DNA of 63,766 nt, the filler included. It is 4 parts of 4 records of this genome, joined end to end, with 100 filler letters (N's around TTAATTAATTAA, not from the genome) between each part and the next. Parts side by side here need not be neighbours in the genome. Positions count along the whole stretch, not along the records: positions 24,185 to 50,218 come from DRR723986_6623; positions 50,319 to 57,796 come from DRR723986_6633; 2 more parts are not named here. One strand, written 5' to 3'. Shown piece after piece: positions 39,189 through 51,186 of this stretch. Position numbers and translations under genes: made by a program. Below the pieces are notes generated by a model. That model saw only the letters and a list, made by a program, of their open reading frames with translations, made no database searches and was not told where the DNA came from. How positions within the stretch are numbered: position 1 is the first letter of the stretch; each line of letters opens with the position of its first letter.

Positions 39189-39716
39189 TCAACGCACCTC
39201 GCGACTCGGCCCGCGATCCCCGAACCACCAGAGCGTCGCAGCCGTTTCGGCAAAGGTAGGAGCGTTCACAATGCCCGCCTGCCCGGCATCATCCGCCCCG
39301 AGGAAGGCTGCGCCGGTGATTCCCCAGAGCAGCACGGTCAGGGTGATCCGGGTCATCGCGCGCGCGGCGTTCACCCATTTTTAGCGGTCGCCGATGGCTG
39401 CCTCCGCCGCCAGCAGCAAGGTGTGGCGAGCATGCCCGTTCAGCGACACGGCCACGGCGGCAGACCCGTGCAGGTTGAATCGCGCACCCCAGACATGAGT
39501 GTTCCAAACCGCGCAACGATGCCATGAACGGATCACAAGCGGACACCCGACACCGGCGCGCAATGCTTCTAGCTCATCCAGAAATTCCGGTGCGTGCCAG
39601 TATTCGCCCGCACAGAACCGGCCGTCACATCGGCAGGCCAGTTCCAGCGGTGTGAAATGCGGCCAGCGCCAGCAGCTCGCATCAAAGTCCGAAACATTTT
39701 CGAGCAGCATACGCAC
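39189..39716 (-). pseudogene. Decayed in-frame fusion of an M15 endolysin-like 5' part and a holin-like 3' part, with an internal TAA
   Basis: WRWPHFTPLELACRC...LEALRA..GCPLVIRS.HRC..WN..V.GA..S/LH resembles peptidase M15_3 but the later Zn ligands are missing; after TAA (39381-39383) the same frame continues KWVNAARAMTRITLT...ATLWWFGDR, a membrane/holin-like tail. Confidence 0.6.
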
Positions 39717-39836
39717 AAGTCTGCCCGCATGGCTTGCGTGTTGAATTGAGGAGGCCGGAACAGAAAAGCGCGGCCCGTGTCACCGCAGGCCGCGCCAGTC
39801 GCCGGTGTCGGATAGGCCCGGCTTTATCCCCTTGCC

Positions 39837-40832
39837 TCAGCCAGCAGTCGCGGGCGCTGCGCCCCAGGTACGCGGCTGATTCAGTTTCTCGATCGCAGCC
39901 TTGTACTCCGTTTCCAGCTGGTCGACATAGTCAGCCACGGGGCCGCGCTTCTTGACCGCGCCGATGCCCTGGCCACAACCCCAGATGTCTTTCCAGGCCT
40001 TGCTCTTGGTATTGCCGCCGGAGCCGAAGTTCATCTTGCTCGGATCACTCTCGGGCAGATTGTTCGGATCGAGCCCGGCGGCCTCGATCGACGGCTTCAG
40101 ATAGTTGCCGTGCACGCCGGTGAAGAGGTTCGAATAGACGATGTCCTCAGCGCCATAGGACACGATCGCGTCCTTGTAGCCTTCGACAGCGTTGGCCTCA
40201 TCGCAGGCGATAAAGGCCGAGCCCATATAGGCAAAGTCAGCGCCCATCGCGATCGAGGCAGCAATGGCTCCGCCATTGGCGATGGAGCCGGACAGCGCCA
40301 GCGGGCCATCGAAGAATTCGCGGATTTCCTGGATCAGCGCGAACGGCGAGAGCCGGCCGGCGTGACCGCCCGCACCCGTACAAACGGCGATCAGGCCGTC
40401 GGCGCCCTTCTCCAGCGCTTTCTTGGCGAAGAATGTATCGATCACATCGTGCATCACGATGCCGCCATAGGAATGGATCGCGTCGTTAACGGCTTTTTGC
40501 GCCCCGAGCGACGTGATCACCAGCGGCACCTTGAACTTCACGCAAGCCTCGACATCGTGCTCCAGCCGGTCGTTCGACTTGTGCACGATCTGATTTACGG
40601 CAAATGGCGCGGCCGGACGATCCGGGTTCTTCTCATTATGCTCGGCCAATTCCGTCGTGATCCGGTCCAGCCACTCATGCAGCACAGGCCCGGGGCGGGC
40701 ATTGAGCGCCGGGAAGCTGCCGACGATGCCAGCCTTGCACTGGGCAATGACCAGCTCAGGACCGGAAATGATGAACAGCGGCGATCCGATCAAAGGCAGG
40801 CGCAGGTTCTGGAGCACGGGCGGCACAGCCAT
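39837..40832 (-). CDS. Nitronate monooxygenase / FabK-like flavoprotein
   Basis: P.IGSPLFIIS, GAGGHAG, GADFAYMGSAF, KAWKDIWGCGQG. Confidence 0.9.
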   Translation of the reverse strand: MAVPPVLQNLRLPLIGSPLFIISGPELVIAQCKAGIVGSFPALNARPGPVLHEWLDRITTELAEHNEKNPDRPAAPFAVNQIVHKSNDRLEHDVEACVKFKVPLVITSLGAQKAVNDAIHSYGGIVMHDVIDTFFAKKALEKGADGLIAVCTGAGGHAGRLSPFALIQEIREFFDGPLALSGSIANGGAIAASIAMGADFAYMGSAFIACDEANAVEGYKDAIVSYGAEDIVYSNLFTGVHGNYLKPSIEAAGLDPNNLPESDPSKMNFGSGGNTKSKAWKDIWGCGQGIGAVKKRGPVADYVDQLETEYKAAIEKLNQPRTWGAAPATAG

Positions 40833-40955
40833 GGGCAATTTCCCCTTAAAGTGAACAGTGTTTACATTGATCCTAAATCTAGCGTCCTGACCACTCCGGG
40901 CAAGCCATAACGTGGGGGGAAGCTGATTCCGTTACGGCCTCGTCTTGAAATCGGA

Positions 40956-42257
40956 TCAGCTGGTCTCGCTTATCCCAGGCGGTGTCACGAGCACCTTGTC
41001 CACCCGGCGGCCATCAAGGTCCATCACTTCAAACCGGTAGCCGGATATGTGTACCACATCGCCGTCGCGGGCGAGGCGTTGCAGGTGATGGATAATCATG
41101 CCGCCAACCGTCACGGCGCCCCCATCGGCCTCCCCGAAATCCGGGGCCGACAGCAGGATTTCAAGATCCTCGACCGGCATCAGGCCATCGATCAGCCAGG
41201 ATCCGTCTTCCCGCCGGGCCGGGCGATCGATGCCCTCGCTGGGGGAGAACGCGCTGTCGCCGGCAATGGCGCCAAGCAGGTCCGCTGCGGTGACCATGCC
41301 CTGGATGCTGCCATGCTCATCGACAACCAGAACCATGCGCACTTCGGTATCCTGCATGGATTCCAGAAGGCGCATGACCGACAGCGTTTCTGGTACGAAA
41401 GTGACCGGCCGGGCGACGGTCTTGAGGTTCGGCCCCTCGCCGCTCAGATCAGTTGCGAGAAGGTCTTTTGTCTGGACCACGCCAAACACACGGTCCAGCC
41501 GCTCATCCGCGACCGGGAACCTGGATTTGCCGCTTTCGAGGATCTCCCGCTTGATCTCCGGCCACGGATCGTCCGTATCAATCCAGACAATGTCCGGTCT
41601 TGGGATCATGATGGAACGCACATCCCGGTCGGCGAGCCGCATGACACCGCGCATCATGCGCTGTTCTTCAAGGTCGATGACGCCGCTCGTCGCGCCCTCG
41701 TCCAGAATGGCGTGGATTTCTTCCTCAGTTACCGGTTCCTGCTTGATCCCCGCCAGCCCCAACAGGCTGAGCAGGCCTTCGGTCGAAACGCGGAGCAACC
41801 AGACGACGGGAAAGGCCAGCCTGGAAACGAACGCCATGGGCGGCGCCATGACTTTGGCGATCGCCTCCGGCGCGATCAGTGCGATGCGCTTGGGCACAAG
41901 TTCGCCAATGACGAGCGACAGGAAGGTTGTGAAAACGATCACAAGCCCGAATGCGATTTCCCCGGCTTCCGCTTCAATGGCCGGCACATGTGTCGCAATG
42001 AAGGGCGACAGCTCATCGGCAATCGCTGTCGCGCCATAGGCACCGGCTATGATGCCCACCAGGGTGATCCCGATCTGCGCCGTCGACAGGAAACGGGATG
42101 GATCAGCCTGCAGGTTGATCACCGTTTTGGCACCCACGTCTCCCTGATCCGCTTTTGACTGGAGCCGCGCAGTCCGGGCGGAGACGATGGCCAGCTCCGA
42201 CATGGCGAAAACACCGTTCACCACAATCAGTCCAAGAAGGATAAAGAATTCGACCAT
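40956..42257 (-). CDS. Hemolysin/CNNM family protein (DUF21 + 2 CBS + CorC)
   Basis: NGVFAMSELAIVS, IGELVPKRIA, IMIPRPDI, VVDEHG, DGRRVDKVLV. Confidence 0.92.
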   Translation of the reverse strand: MVEFFILLGLIVVNGVFAMSELAIVSARTARLQSKADQGDVGAKTVINLQADPSRFLSTAQIGITLVGIIAGAYGATAIADELSPFIATHVPAIEAEAGEIAFGLVIVFTTFLSLVIGELVPKRIALIAPEAIAKVMAPPMAFVSRLAFPVVWLLRVSTEGLLSLLGLAGIKQEPVTEEEIHAILDEGATSGVIDLEEQRMMRGVMRLADRDVRSIMIPRPDIVWIDTDDPWPEIKREILESGKSRFPVADERLDRVFGVVQTKDLLATDLSGEGPNLKTVARPVTFVPETLSVMRLLESMQDTEVRMVLVVDEHGSIQGMVTAADLLGAIAGDSAFSPSEGIDRPARREDGSWLIDGLMPVEDLEILLSAPDFGEADGGAVTVGGMIIHHLQRLARDGDVVHISGYRFEVMDLDGRRVDKVLVTPPGISETS

Positions 42258-42402
42258 GGCGCGTTGTGCCTCTGCCAATAAGGTGGAACCGGCACGGGCA
42301 AGACCCGGCCGGCATGAGCGCCAAAACGGCGCAGATGGATAGAAGAACAGAGCCTAGAGAGCTTGGTGCCTGCGCTCAATGCCCCTCGGGCAAAGCGCCC
42401 GC

Positions 42403-43218
42403 TTATCCAATCCGTGCGCTGCCGCCGCCGTCGACCGGTAACAGGGCGCCGGTGATGAACCGGGCTTCGTCACTCGCAAGGAACAGGGCTGCATGGGCCG
42501 TGTCCCAGCCGGACCCCATGAAGCCCATGGGCACGCGTGCCGCCCGTTCTTTGCGCAGGTCATCCTCTGGGACACCGCGCATTCTCGCGATGCCGCGGAT
42601 CGCCATTGGCGTATCCATCAGCCCCGGCAGGATGGCATTGCACCGTACGCCGCGCGACGCACCGGACGTGGCCACGCTGAGGGTCATCCGGTTCATGCCC
42701 GCCTTGGACACTTCGTAGGCCATCTGGAACCCGCCCGCGAGCGATGCCAGCGACGAGATGTTGACGATCGCGCCCGCGCGGCGCTCCCGCATCCCCGGCA
42801 ACACCGCTTTGGATACCAGCCAGGCCCCCTTCAGATTGATCTTCAGCGTGCGATCAAAGGCCTCTTCGGTCAGATTGTGCGGCGGACCATCACCCGCATC
42901 ACCAATGCCGACATTGTTGATCAGGATGTCCGGTGGACCGAACGCCTCTTCAACAGCTGCGGCTATCGCCGCGGCATCGTCCGGATCACTTACGTCAGCC
43001 GCAAAGGCTTTCGCGCTGCCGCCCTCGGCGAGGACGTCCGCGACGGTCGCCTCGGCTCTGTCCAAGTCCCGGTCAACACACAGAACGCTGGCGCCAGCCC
43101 GGGCGAACAGGAGCGCGATGGCTTTCCCGTTGCCGACCGTTTCACCCGGTATCTGGCCGGCACCTGTCACAATGGCGACCTTGCCGGATAGCCGGCCGGT
43201 CACATCTGCGAGGCTCAT
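42403..43218 (-). CDS. SDR family oxidoreductase
   Basis: GKVAIVTGAG..GNG, NNVG, YEVSK, NAILPG. Confidence 0.92.
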   Translation of the reverse strand: MSLADVTGRLSGKVAIVTGAGQIPGETVGNGKAIALLFARAGASVLCVDRDLDRAEATVADVLAEGGSAKAFAADVSDPDDAAAIAAAVEEAFGPPDILINNVGIGDAGDGPPHNLTEEAFDRTLKINLKGAWLVSKAVLPGMRERRAGAIVNISSLASLAGGFQMAYEVSKAGMNRMTLSVATSGASRGVRCNAILPGLMDTPMAIRGIARMRGVPEDDLRKERAARVPMGFMGSGWDTAHAALFLASDEARFITGALLPVDGGGSARIG

Positions 43219-43778
43219 TTCACAAGGTCCGGATCAAGGACCAGATCTTCGTCCAGAGGCACACCGAAACTGTTCAGCATCATCGAAACCTGCGTGTACT
43301 GGCCGACCGTCATGACCAGATCCATCTTCTGTTTCTGACTGAAGCCGGACAGCGCTTCCCAGGTTTTGTCTGTAATGAACGCATCCGATGTCAGCTCATC
43401 CGTTGCCTGAAGCAAGGCCTTGTCATTCGCGCTCCAGCCCGGTGCGTCCGGACCGGCCTTGATGCGCTCGATTTCTTCTTCGGTCAGGCCGCAATCAAGC
43501 CCGATGCGCTTGTGCTGCGCCCATTCATAGCCGGCCTTCCAATTGTATCCAGCGCGGAGGATGACCAGTTCGCGGTCGCGCGGGCTGAGATCATTGTAAT
43601 TTGACAAGATGTATCCGCCCCAGCCCATGAAGCGCTTGTACGCCTTTGGCGCGCGGGCGAGCGTACGGAAGACATTGAACACCGGGGCATCGCCGAAACG
43701 GCCCGCGATCATTTCCTTCACTTCCGGGCCCATCTCCGAATCGGAGAGCGGCGTGATACGCGGTGTCTTCAGTCTCAT
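43215..43778 (-). CDS. Carboxymuconolactone decarboxylase family protein
   Basis: NVFRTLAR.P, DRELVILR, YEWAQH, GL.EEEI; coupled to the SDR gene. Confidence 0.85.
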   Translation of the reverse strand: MRLKTPRITPLSDSEMGPEVKEMIAGRFGDAPVFNVFRTLARAPKAYKRFMGWGGYILSNYNDLSPRDRELVILRAGYNWKAGYEWAQHKRIGLDCGLTEEEIERIKAGPDAPGWSANDKALLQATDELTSDAFITDKTWEALSGFSQKQKMDLVMTVGQYTQVSMMLNSFGVPLDEDLVLDPDLVK

Positions 43779-43852
43779 GGCTTTCCTCCCGGCCTTTATC
43801 TCTGCCGGGAACTAAACCTGTCACGCGAACACACCGCAAGCCGGACGTGAGG

Positions 43853-44206
43853 TCAGCTGCGCTCCATCCGGGCCTGCATCATGGACAGCCAGGCGTGCTG
43901 GCGGTGAATCATGGAGACGAGTTCGGCGTCGTCGCCCTCCTCCAGAAGGCGGTCGAGCCATAGGCCCAGGATTCGCGTATGGGAGCCCATCCACTCTTTT
44001 AGCAGGTCCTGACGCACGCCGCGGGCTGCATCGCCCTCGCCTTGCAGCACACCACACGGGCTGGAAGCATCCGCCGGGACATGTCCCGCACTCCCGTCAT
44101 GCCGCGCGGCTTGCCGGCGTGCGCCAGTGTTCGATAAGCCGGAATCGCCCGTATCTATTGGGCCATCGCATGGAATGAGCCTCAGAACCGCACTTGCTTG
44201 TTTCAT
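43853..44206 (-). CDS. Hypothetical protein
   Basis: Fills the gap between CMD and mutase genes; helical C-half (LLKEWMG..LGLWLDRLLEE); start uncertain (ATG 44206). Confidence 0.45.
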   Translation of the reverse strand: MKQASAVLRLIPCDGPIDTGDSGLSNTGARRQAARHDGSAGHVPADASSPCGVLQGEGDAARGVRQDLLKEWMGSHTRILGLWLDRLLEEGDDAELVSMIHRQHAWLSMMQARMERS

Positions 44207-44339
44207 GGGAATCTCCAATTTGCGAATTACTCTCATTCGCATTATTGACGTCTTGCGTCAAGACGTTCCGGGCCGCTACGGAATGCCGCCAAGTAAGTGG
44301 TTCACTTTTTCAGTTCTTTGCGCCAATACACGGGCCATC

Positions 44340-46247
44340 ATGGCAGACGACATCCTCCCGCTATCCAGCACTTTTCCGGACGCTACCGAAGCCGAATGGA
44401 TGGCTTCGGTCGAAAAGGCCCTCAAGGGCCGTGGCATCGACGCAATCACCCGCACCACGGCGGACGGGCTGAAGATCCGCCCGCTTTATCGTGAGAGCGA
44501 TTTTCCGGCTTCCAGGGACCCGCTCGGCACGCCCGGCGAGGCGCCCTATCTGCGCGGCCCGACGGCGGCGCCGGACAAGTGGCTGCCCTGGGATATCCGG
44601 CAGGCGTTCACTCATGCCTCGCCGTCGCACACGCATGGCGAAGTGCTGCGGGATCTGGAACGCGGGGTGAGTTCAGTTGAACTCAGCGTCGATTCGACCG
44701 GACGACACGGTGTCCAGGCCATGACTATGCCGGATTATGACATTGCCTTGAACGGCGTCGACGCGACCATCGCAGGCGTTGCGCTTGACCCGGTGATGAC
44801 CTCCGGCACACGCGAAGCCGCCTTCCTGGCCGAATGGGCCCGGAACAAAGCGGGCGCCAAACTCGACTTCAACATGGACCCGCTGGGCGCCCTCGCCCGC
44901 ACCGGGAAACTGGCCGGCGGTCTCGATGCCGCCTTCGCCGAGGCGGGTGCGCTGGCCAAGGCGCTGGCCGCGAAATACCCGGCTGCGAACCTGTTCCGCA
45001 TCGATGCCCGCGCCGTACACGAGGCCGGTGGATCGGAAGCGCAGGAACTCGCCGCGCTGATCGCCTCAGCCGTCGACACGCTGCGACGCCTCACCCCGCA
45101 CATTGGTGCGGCGGACGTGGCCGCAAAGACAATCTTCTGCCTCGCCCTCGACGCCAATTACGGCATCGGCGTTTCGAAGCTGCGCGCCGCGCGCCGCCTG
45201 TGGGCCCGGGTGGAAGAGGCCCTTGGCTTCGAGCCGAAACCAATGCGCCTGCAAGGCTACAGCTCTGCCCGGATGCTGACGCGCTACGATGCGTGGACCA
45301 ACATGCTGCGCAATACGGCGGCCGCCTTTGCGGGCGCTGTCGGCGGGGCGGACATCCTGACCATCCGCGCCTTCAACGAGCCCCTGGGCACGCCGGAAGA
45401 ACTCGGCCGCCGCATCGCGCGCAACACCCAGCTGATCGCGATGGAAGAAAGCCAGCTCGGCCGCGTCGCAGACCCGACCGGCGGCGCATGGTTCACCGAG
45501 ACGTTCGCCAATGAACTGGCCGAAGCCGCCTGGGCCGAATTCCAGAAGATCGAAGGCGAAGGCGGTTATGCCGCCTCCCTCATGTCCGGCGCCTTCCAGG
45601 GCCGTGTGAAAGCAACCCGCGATGCCCGCGCCAAGGACATTGCCAAGCGCAAGATCCCGGTCACCGGCGTTTCCGAATTCCCGCTGCTGGAAGAGATCGC
45701 TGCCCCGGTCGCCAATCAGCCGCACCTGCGCTCGGGCGCCGAACTGACGGACGAAGCGCTGCAGGCGCTGGTGCCGGACCTGCCGCCCGCCACGGAAGCA
45801 GACGCGACCGCCGAAGCGCTGGAGCCGATCCATCTCGGCGCAGACTTCGAAGCCCTTCGCGACAAGGCCGCTGCGGCAGCCAAGCCGCCAACGATCTTCC
45901 TCGCCACGCTTGGCCCTCTCGCCGAATACACGGCCCGTGCCGACTTCGCTCGCAACCTGTTCGCAGCTGGCGGTCTCGCCGCCAAGGAACCGCCGGTACC
46001 ACCGAAAGACGCCGCCGAGGCCGCGGCTGCTTTCAAGGCGTCCGGCTGCCGCATCGCCTGCATCTGCGGTAGCGATGCGCGCTACACGGATGAAGCAGAT
46101 GCCGCCGCGAAGGCGCTGAAAGGCGCCGGTGCGCAACATGTCTGGATCGCCGGTAAGCATGAAGGTGACAGCATCGACTCACAGGTCTTCATGGGCTGCG
46201 ACGTGCTGCACAATCTGAAACTCGCCCACGCCGAACTGGGACTATGA
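44340..46247 (+). CDS. mutA: Methylmalonyl-CoA mutase small (non-catalytic) subunit
   Basis: DGLKIRPLY, HEAGGSEAQELA, KLRAARRLW, RRIARNTQLI, DPTGGAW; C-terminal ARADFARNLF..GG; lacks DxHxxG. Confidence 0.88.
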   Translation: MADDILPLSSTFPDATEAEWMASVEKALKGRGIDAITRTTADGLKIRPLYRESDFPASRDPLGTPGEAPYLRGPTAAPDKWLPWDIRQAFTHASPSHTHGEVLRDLERGVSSVELSVDSTGRHGVQAMTMPDYDIALNGVDATIAGVALDPVMTSGTREAAFLAEWARNKAGAKLDFNMDPLGALARTGKLAGGLDAAFAEAGALAKALAAKYPAANLFRIDARAVHEAGGSEAQELAALIASAVDTLRRLTPHIGAADVAAKTIFCLALDANYGIGVSKLRAARRLWARVEEALGFEPKPMRLQGYSSARMLTRYDAWTNMLRNTAAAFAGAVGGADILTIRAFNEPLGTPEELGRRIARNTQLIAMEESQLGRVADPTGGAWFTETFANELAEAAWAEFQKIEGEGGYAASLMSGAFQGRVKATRDARAKDIAKRKIPVTGVSEFPLLEEIAAPVANQPHLRSGAELTDEALQALVPDLPPATEADATAEALEPIHLGADFEALRDKAAAAAKPPTIFLATLGPLAEYTARADFARNLFAAGGLAAKEPPVPPKDAAEAAAAFKASGCRIACICGSDARYTDEADAAAKALKGAGAQHVWIAGKHEGDSIDSQVFMGCDVLHNLKLAHAELGL

Positions 46248-46596
46248 TCGCCATGATGCTGGAATTCACGCTCGACAACTGGGAGAACCACCCTTGCGTA
46301 AAGGGGCGTCCTGCCATTGAGCGGGACGTGCGGGAGAACCGCGCCATCTTCGCAACGGCCGGTTCAGGCGAGGAAAGTGTCGCTCCGGTCGATTGCCCGC
46401 TACCCGCCGTGCTCACACGCGCCAATGGCGACCGGGTCTCCGTCATCATCCTGCAGGCACAATGGTCTGCAGACCGCTCGGGCTATGTGTTCGGCGCCGT
46501 CGACCAGAACGGCAAGCCTTACGTCGCCACGTCCAGCGAAACCCTCATCCTGAAACAGCCGAATCCGGAATGGACGGCTAATCTGGAGATGTCCAA

Positions 46597-46600
<4 letters not shown>
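46244..46600 (+). CDS. Hypothetical protein coupled between the mutase subunits
   Basis: ATGA overlaps at both ends (46244-46247 and 46597-46600). Confidence 0.7.
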
Positions 46601-48759
<2,159 letters not shown>

Positions 48760-48802
48760 CGGTACCGATTGTCGGGGCGGAGGCTTCTGATAGGCTTCCA
48801 CC

Positions 48803-49417
48803 ATGGCAAGCCTGACCTCAACCTCCGGATACGCTGAGGAAGCAGACGATCTGTTTGTGCGTTACGAGGCGCTGTCGGCGTCGGAAACGCATGCGCACTG
48901 GCGGCATCTGTTTCCTGAGCCGCGTGCGCGCACGCTCGATATCGGCGCAGGCACGGGGCGGGATGCGGCCTGGCTGGCTTCGCTCGGCCATTCCGTTCTG
49001 GCGGTGGAACCTGTCGCGGCGATGCGCCTGCGGGCGGCAAAGCTTCATCCGGAGCCTCAGATCACATGGCTGGAAGATCACCTGCCGGAGCTGGCGAACA
49101 CGCGTGCCCGCGGCGAAGTGTTCGGCATGGTGATGCTGAACGCTGTGTGGATGCACCTGACCGAAGAAGAACGCACTACCGGGATGGAGCGTGTGGCGAC
49201 CCTCCTGGCGCCGGGTGCCCGCCTGTTCATGAGCTTGCGCCACGGCCCCATTCCGGACGGACGCCGCATGTTTGACGTGACAGGCGAGGAAACCATTGCC
49301 CTCGCCGCGCCATTTTGCCTTCGCCCCGTCAGCCATGTCCGCAGGAATTCCATCATGGCGGAAAACAAGGCCCGGGGCGTTGAATGGACCGCGCTGGTCT
49401 TCGAACAACCCTCTTGA
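48803..49417 (+). CDS. Class I SAM-dependent methyltransferase
   Basis: LDIGAGTGRDA motif I, AVEP, AVWMHL, SLRHGP. Confidence 0.9.
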   Translation: MASLTSTSGYAEEADDLFVRYEALSASETHAHWRHLFPEPRARTLDIGAGTGRDAAWLASLGHSVLAVEPVAAMRLRAAKLHPEPQITWLEDHLPELANTRARGEVFGMVMLNAVWMHLTEEERTTGMERVATLLAPGARLFMSLRHGPIPDGRRMFDVTGEETIALAAPFCLRPVSHVRRNSIMAENKARGVEWTALVFEQPS

Positions 49418-49476
49418 AACGCTGGGCACCCCTCCCCAAATATATCGTTATTCGATAACTCAAAAGGATCACCTCC

Positions 49477-49797
49477 ATGCTCGTCACCACCACGCCCACG
49501 GTTCAGGGTCATGAGATTTCGAAATATCTCGGCATCGTCTGCGGCGAAGTCGTGGTCGGCGCGCACCTCGGCAAGGACATCCTCGCCAGCTTCACCAATA
49601 TCGTTGGCGGGCGCTCCAACGCCTATGAAAGCACGCTGCGCGAAACGCGCGACGATGCGCTGGCAGAGATGATGGAAGAAGCCAGGAAGCTCGGCGCCAA
49701 TGCCATTGTCGGCACGAAGTTCGACTACACCGTGATCGGCCAGGGCGGCTCAATGATGATGGTGGCGGTCTCCGGCACAGCCGTGTCGCTGGTGTGA
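49477..49797 (+). CDS. YbjQ/UPF0145 family protein
   Basis: [37 protein letters not shown]. Confidence 0.92.
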   Translation: MLVTTTPTVQGHEISKYLGIVCGEVVVGAHLGKDILASFTNIVGGRSNAYESTLRETRDDALAEMMEEARKLGANAIVGTKFDYTVIGQGGSMMMVAVSGTAVSLV

Positions 49798-50192
49798 GCA
49801 TGCTCTACGAGACCGCTCCGACAGCGGAGGACATTCTTGGCCTCGCCGAAGCCTGCCTCGCCCGCCTGCCCCAGCACATTCGGACCGCCGCCGGCGCCGT
49901 CCGGATCATCGTGGAAGACTATGCCGAGGACGCGATCCTCGACGAGATGAAGATCCAGGATGCGCTGGAACTGAGCGGCCTCTATTCCGGCGTGCCGCTG
50001 ATCCATGAGAGCGTGACGCATCCGTCGATCCAGCAGCCGCTGGTCTATCTCTACCGCCTGCCGATCCTTTTCGAATGGGCCGCGCGGGGAGACGTGACGC
50101 TGGACGAGCTGGTCGCTCACGTCACGATCCACGAATACGGCCACCATTTCGGCTGGTCCGACGAGGAAATGCACCGCCTGCTGGACGCCTAG
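49794..50192 (+). CDS. Zincin-like metallopeptidase (Zincin_1)
   Basis: [25 protein letters not shown] HExxH motif. Confidence 0.88.
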   Translation: MSMLYETAPTAEDILGLAEACLARLPQHIRTAAGAVRIIVEDYAEDAILDEMKIQDALELSGLYSGVPLIHESVTHPSIQQPLVYLYRLPILFEWAARGDVTLDELVAHVTIHEYGHHFGWSDEEMHRLLDA

Positions 50193-50218
50193 GTGTGATC
50201 TTTCAATAGGTTGTCCAT

Positions 50219-50318
50219 NNNNNNNNNNNNNNNNNNNNNNNNNNNNNNNNNNNNNNNNNNNNTTAATTAATTAANNNNNNNNNNNNNNNNNNNNNNNNNN
50301 NNNNNNNNNNNNNNNNNN
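50219..50318. other. Artificial contig spacer 2
   Basis: 44 N + TTAATTAATTAA + 44 N. Confidence 0.99.
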
Positions 50319-51179
50319 ATCGCCAAGCTGACGACGATCCGCTTCACCATCCTCGCGCCCTTCCTGTTCATGCTGATCGGCTTCGCGGCCTTCCAGTCGC
50401 GCCAGTCGGCGCTGGACCTCGCCGCACTGGTGGCCATCGGCGTCTTCGGCATCCTGCTGCGGCGCTTCGACTACTCACGCCCCGCCTTCCTGATCGGCTT
50501 CGTCCTGTCGACGCAGACGGAGATCTTCGTCAATCAGGCGGTGCAGATCGCCGGAGCGCGCTTCCGCCGCTCGGCAGAGGCGGGCTGGGACTACATCCTG
50601 TCGCCCATCACCATCTGCCTTCTGATCCTGACCGTGGTCTCGGTCGTCGTCGGCATCCGCGCCTCCAAGAACATCCGCGAGAACATGGACGCGCCCGCCG
50701 TGTCCAAGACCGCGCCCGCGGTCTTCCTTGGCGCGATCACGCTCTACCTTCTGGTGGCGACCATCGACGCATGGAACGTGGGGCGCCTGCAGGACAGGAT
50801 CTTCCCGCTGACCGTGGGCCTCGTGACGCTGCTGGGCGCCGCGATCCTGTTGCTGCGCATGTGGATGAAACCGGCCACGGACGACGTCTTCATCGACCTC
50901 GAGCAGGGCGAGGACGGCGCCGCGCCGCACGGGCTCTGGACCACGCTGGCGTGGTTCGTGTCGCTCGTCGCGCTGACCTTCCTCTTCGGCTACATCATCG
51001 CGCTGGTGCTCTTCCTCGTCGCCTTCTTCCGCACCCGCGGTCGGTTCGGCTGGAAGACCACCATTCTCTCAACCGTAATCGGGCTGGCCTTCATCATGGG
51101 TCTTGCAGCCATCCTCGGGCGCGACTTCCCGGCGGGCTACCTGCAGACGCTGATCGACCTGCCCTGGCCCCTGACCTGA
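50319..51179 (+). CDS. Tripartite tricarboxylate transporter permease TctA, C-terminal part with TctB-like extension (5' truncated)
   Basis: Frame open from contig start; GILLRRFDYSRPAFLIGFVLS TctA motif followed by extra TMs with FPL.VG and GYIIA..LF TctB-like features. Confidence 0.8.
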   Translation: MAKLTTIRFTILAPFLFMLIGFAAFQSRQSALDLAALVAIGVFGILLRRFDYSRPAFLIGFVLSTQTEIFVNQAVQIAGARFRRSAEAGWDYILSPITICLLILTVVSVVVGIRASKNIRENMDAPAVSKTAPAVFLGAITLYLLVATIDAWNVGRLQDRIFPLTVGLVTLLGAAILLLRMWMKPATDDVFIDLEQGEDGAAPHGLWTTLAWFVSLVALTFLFGYIIALVLFLVAFFRTRGRFGWKTTILSTVIGLAFIMGLAAILGRDFPAGYLQTLIDLPWPLT

Positions 51180-51186
51180 GGTTTCC

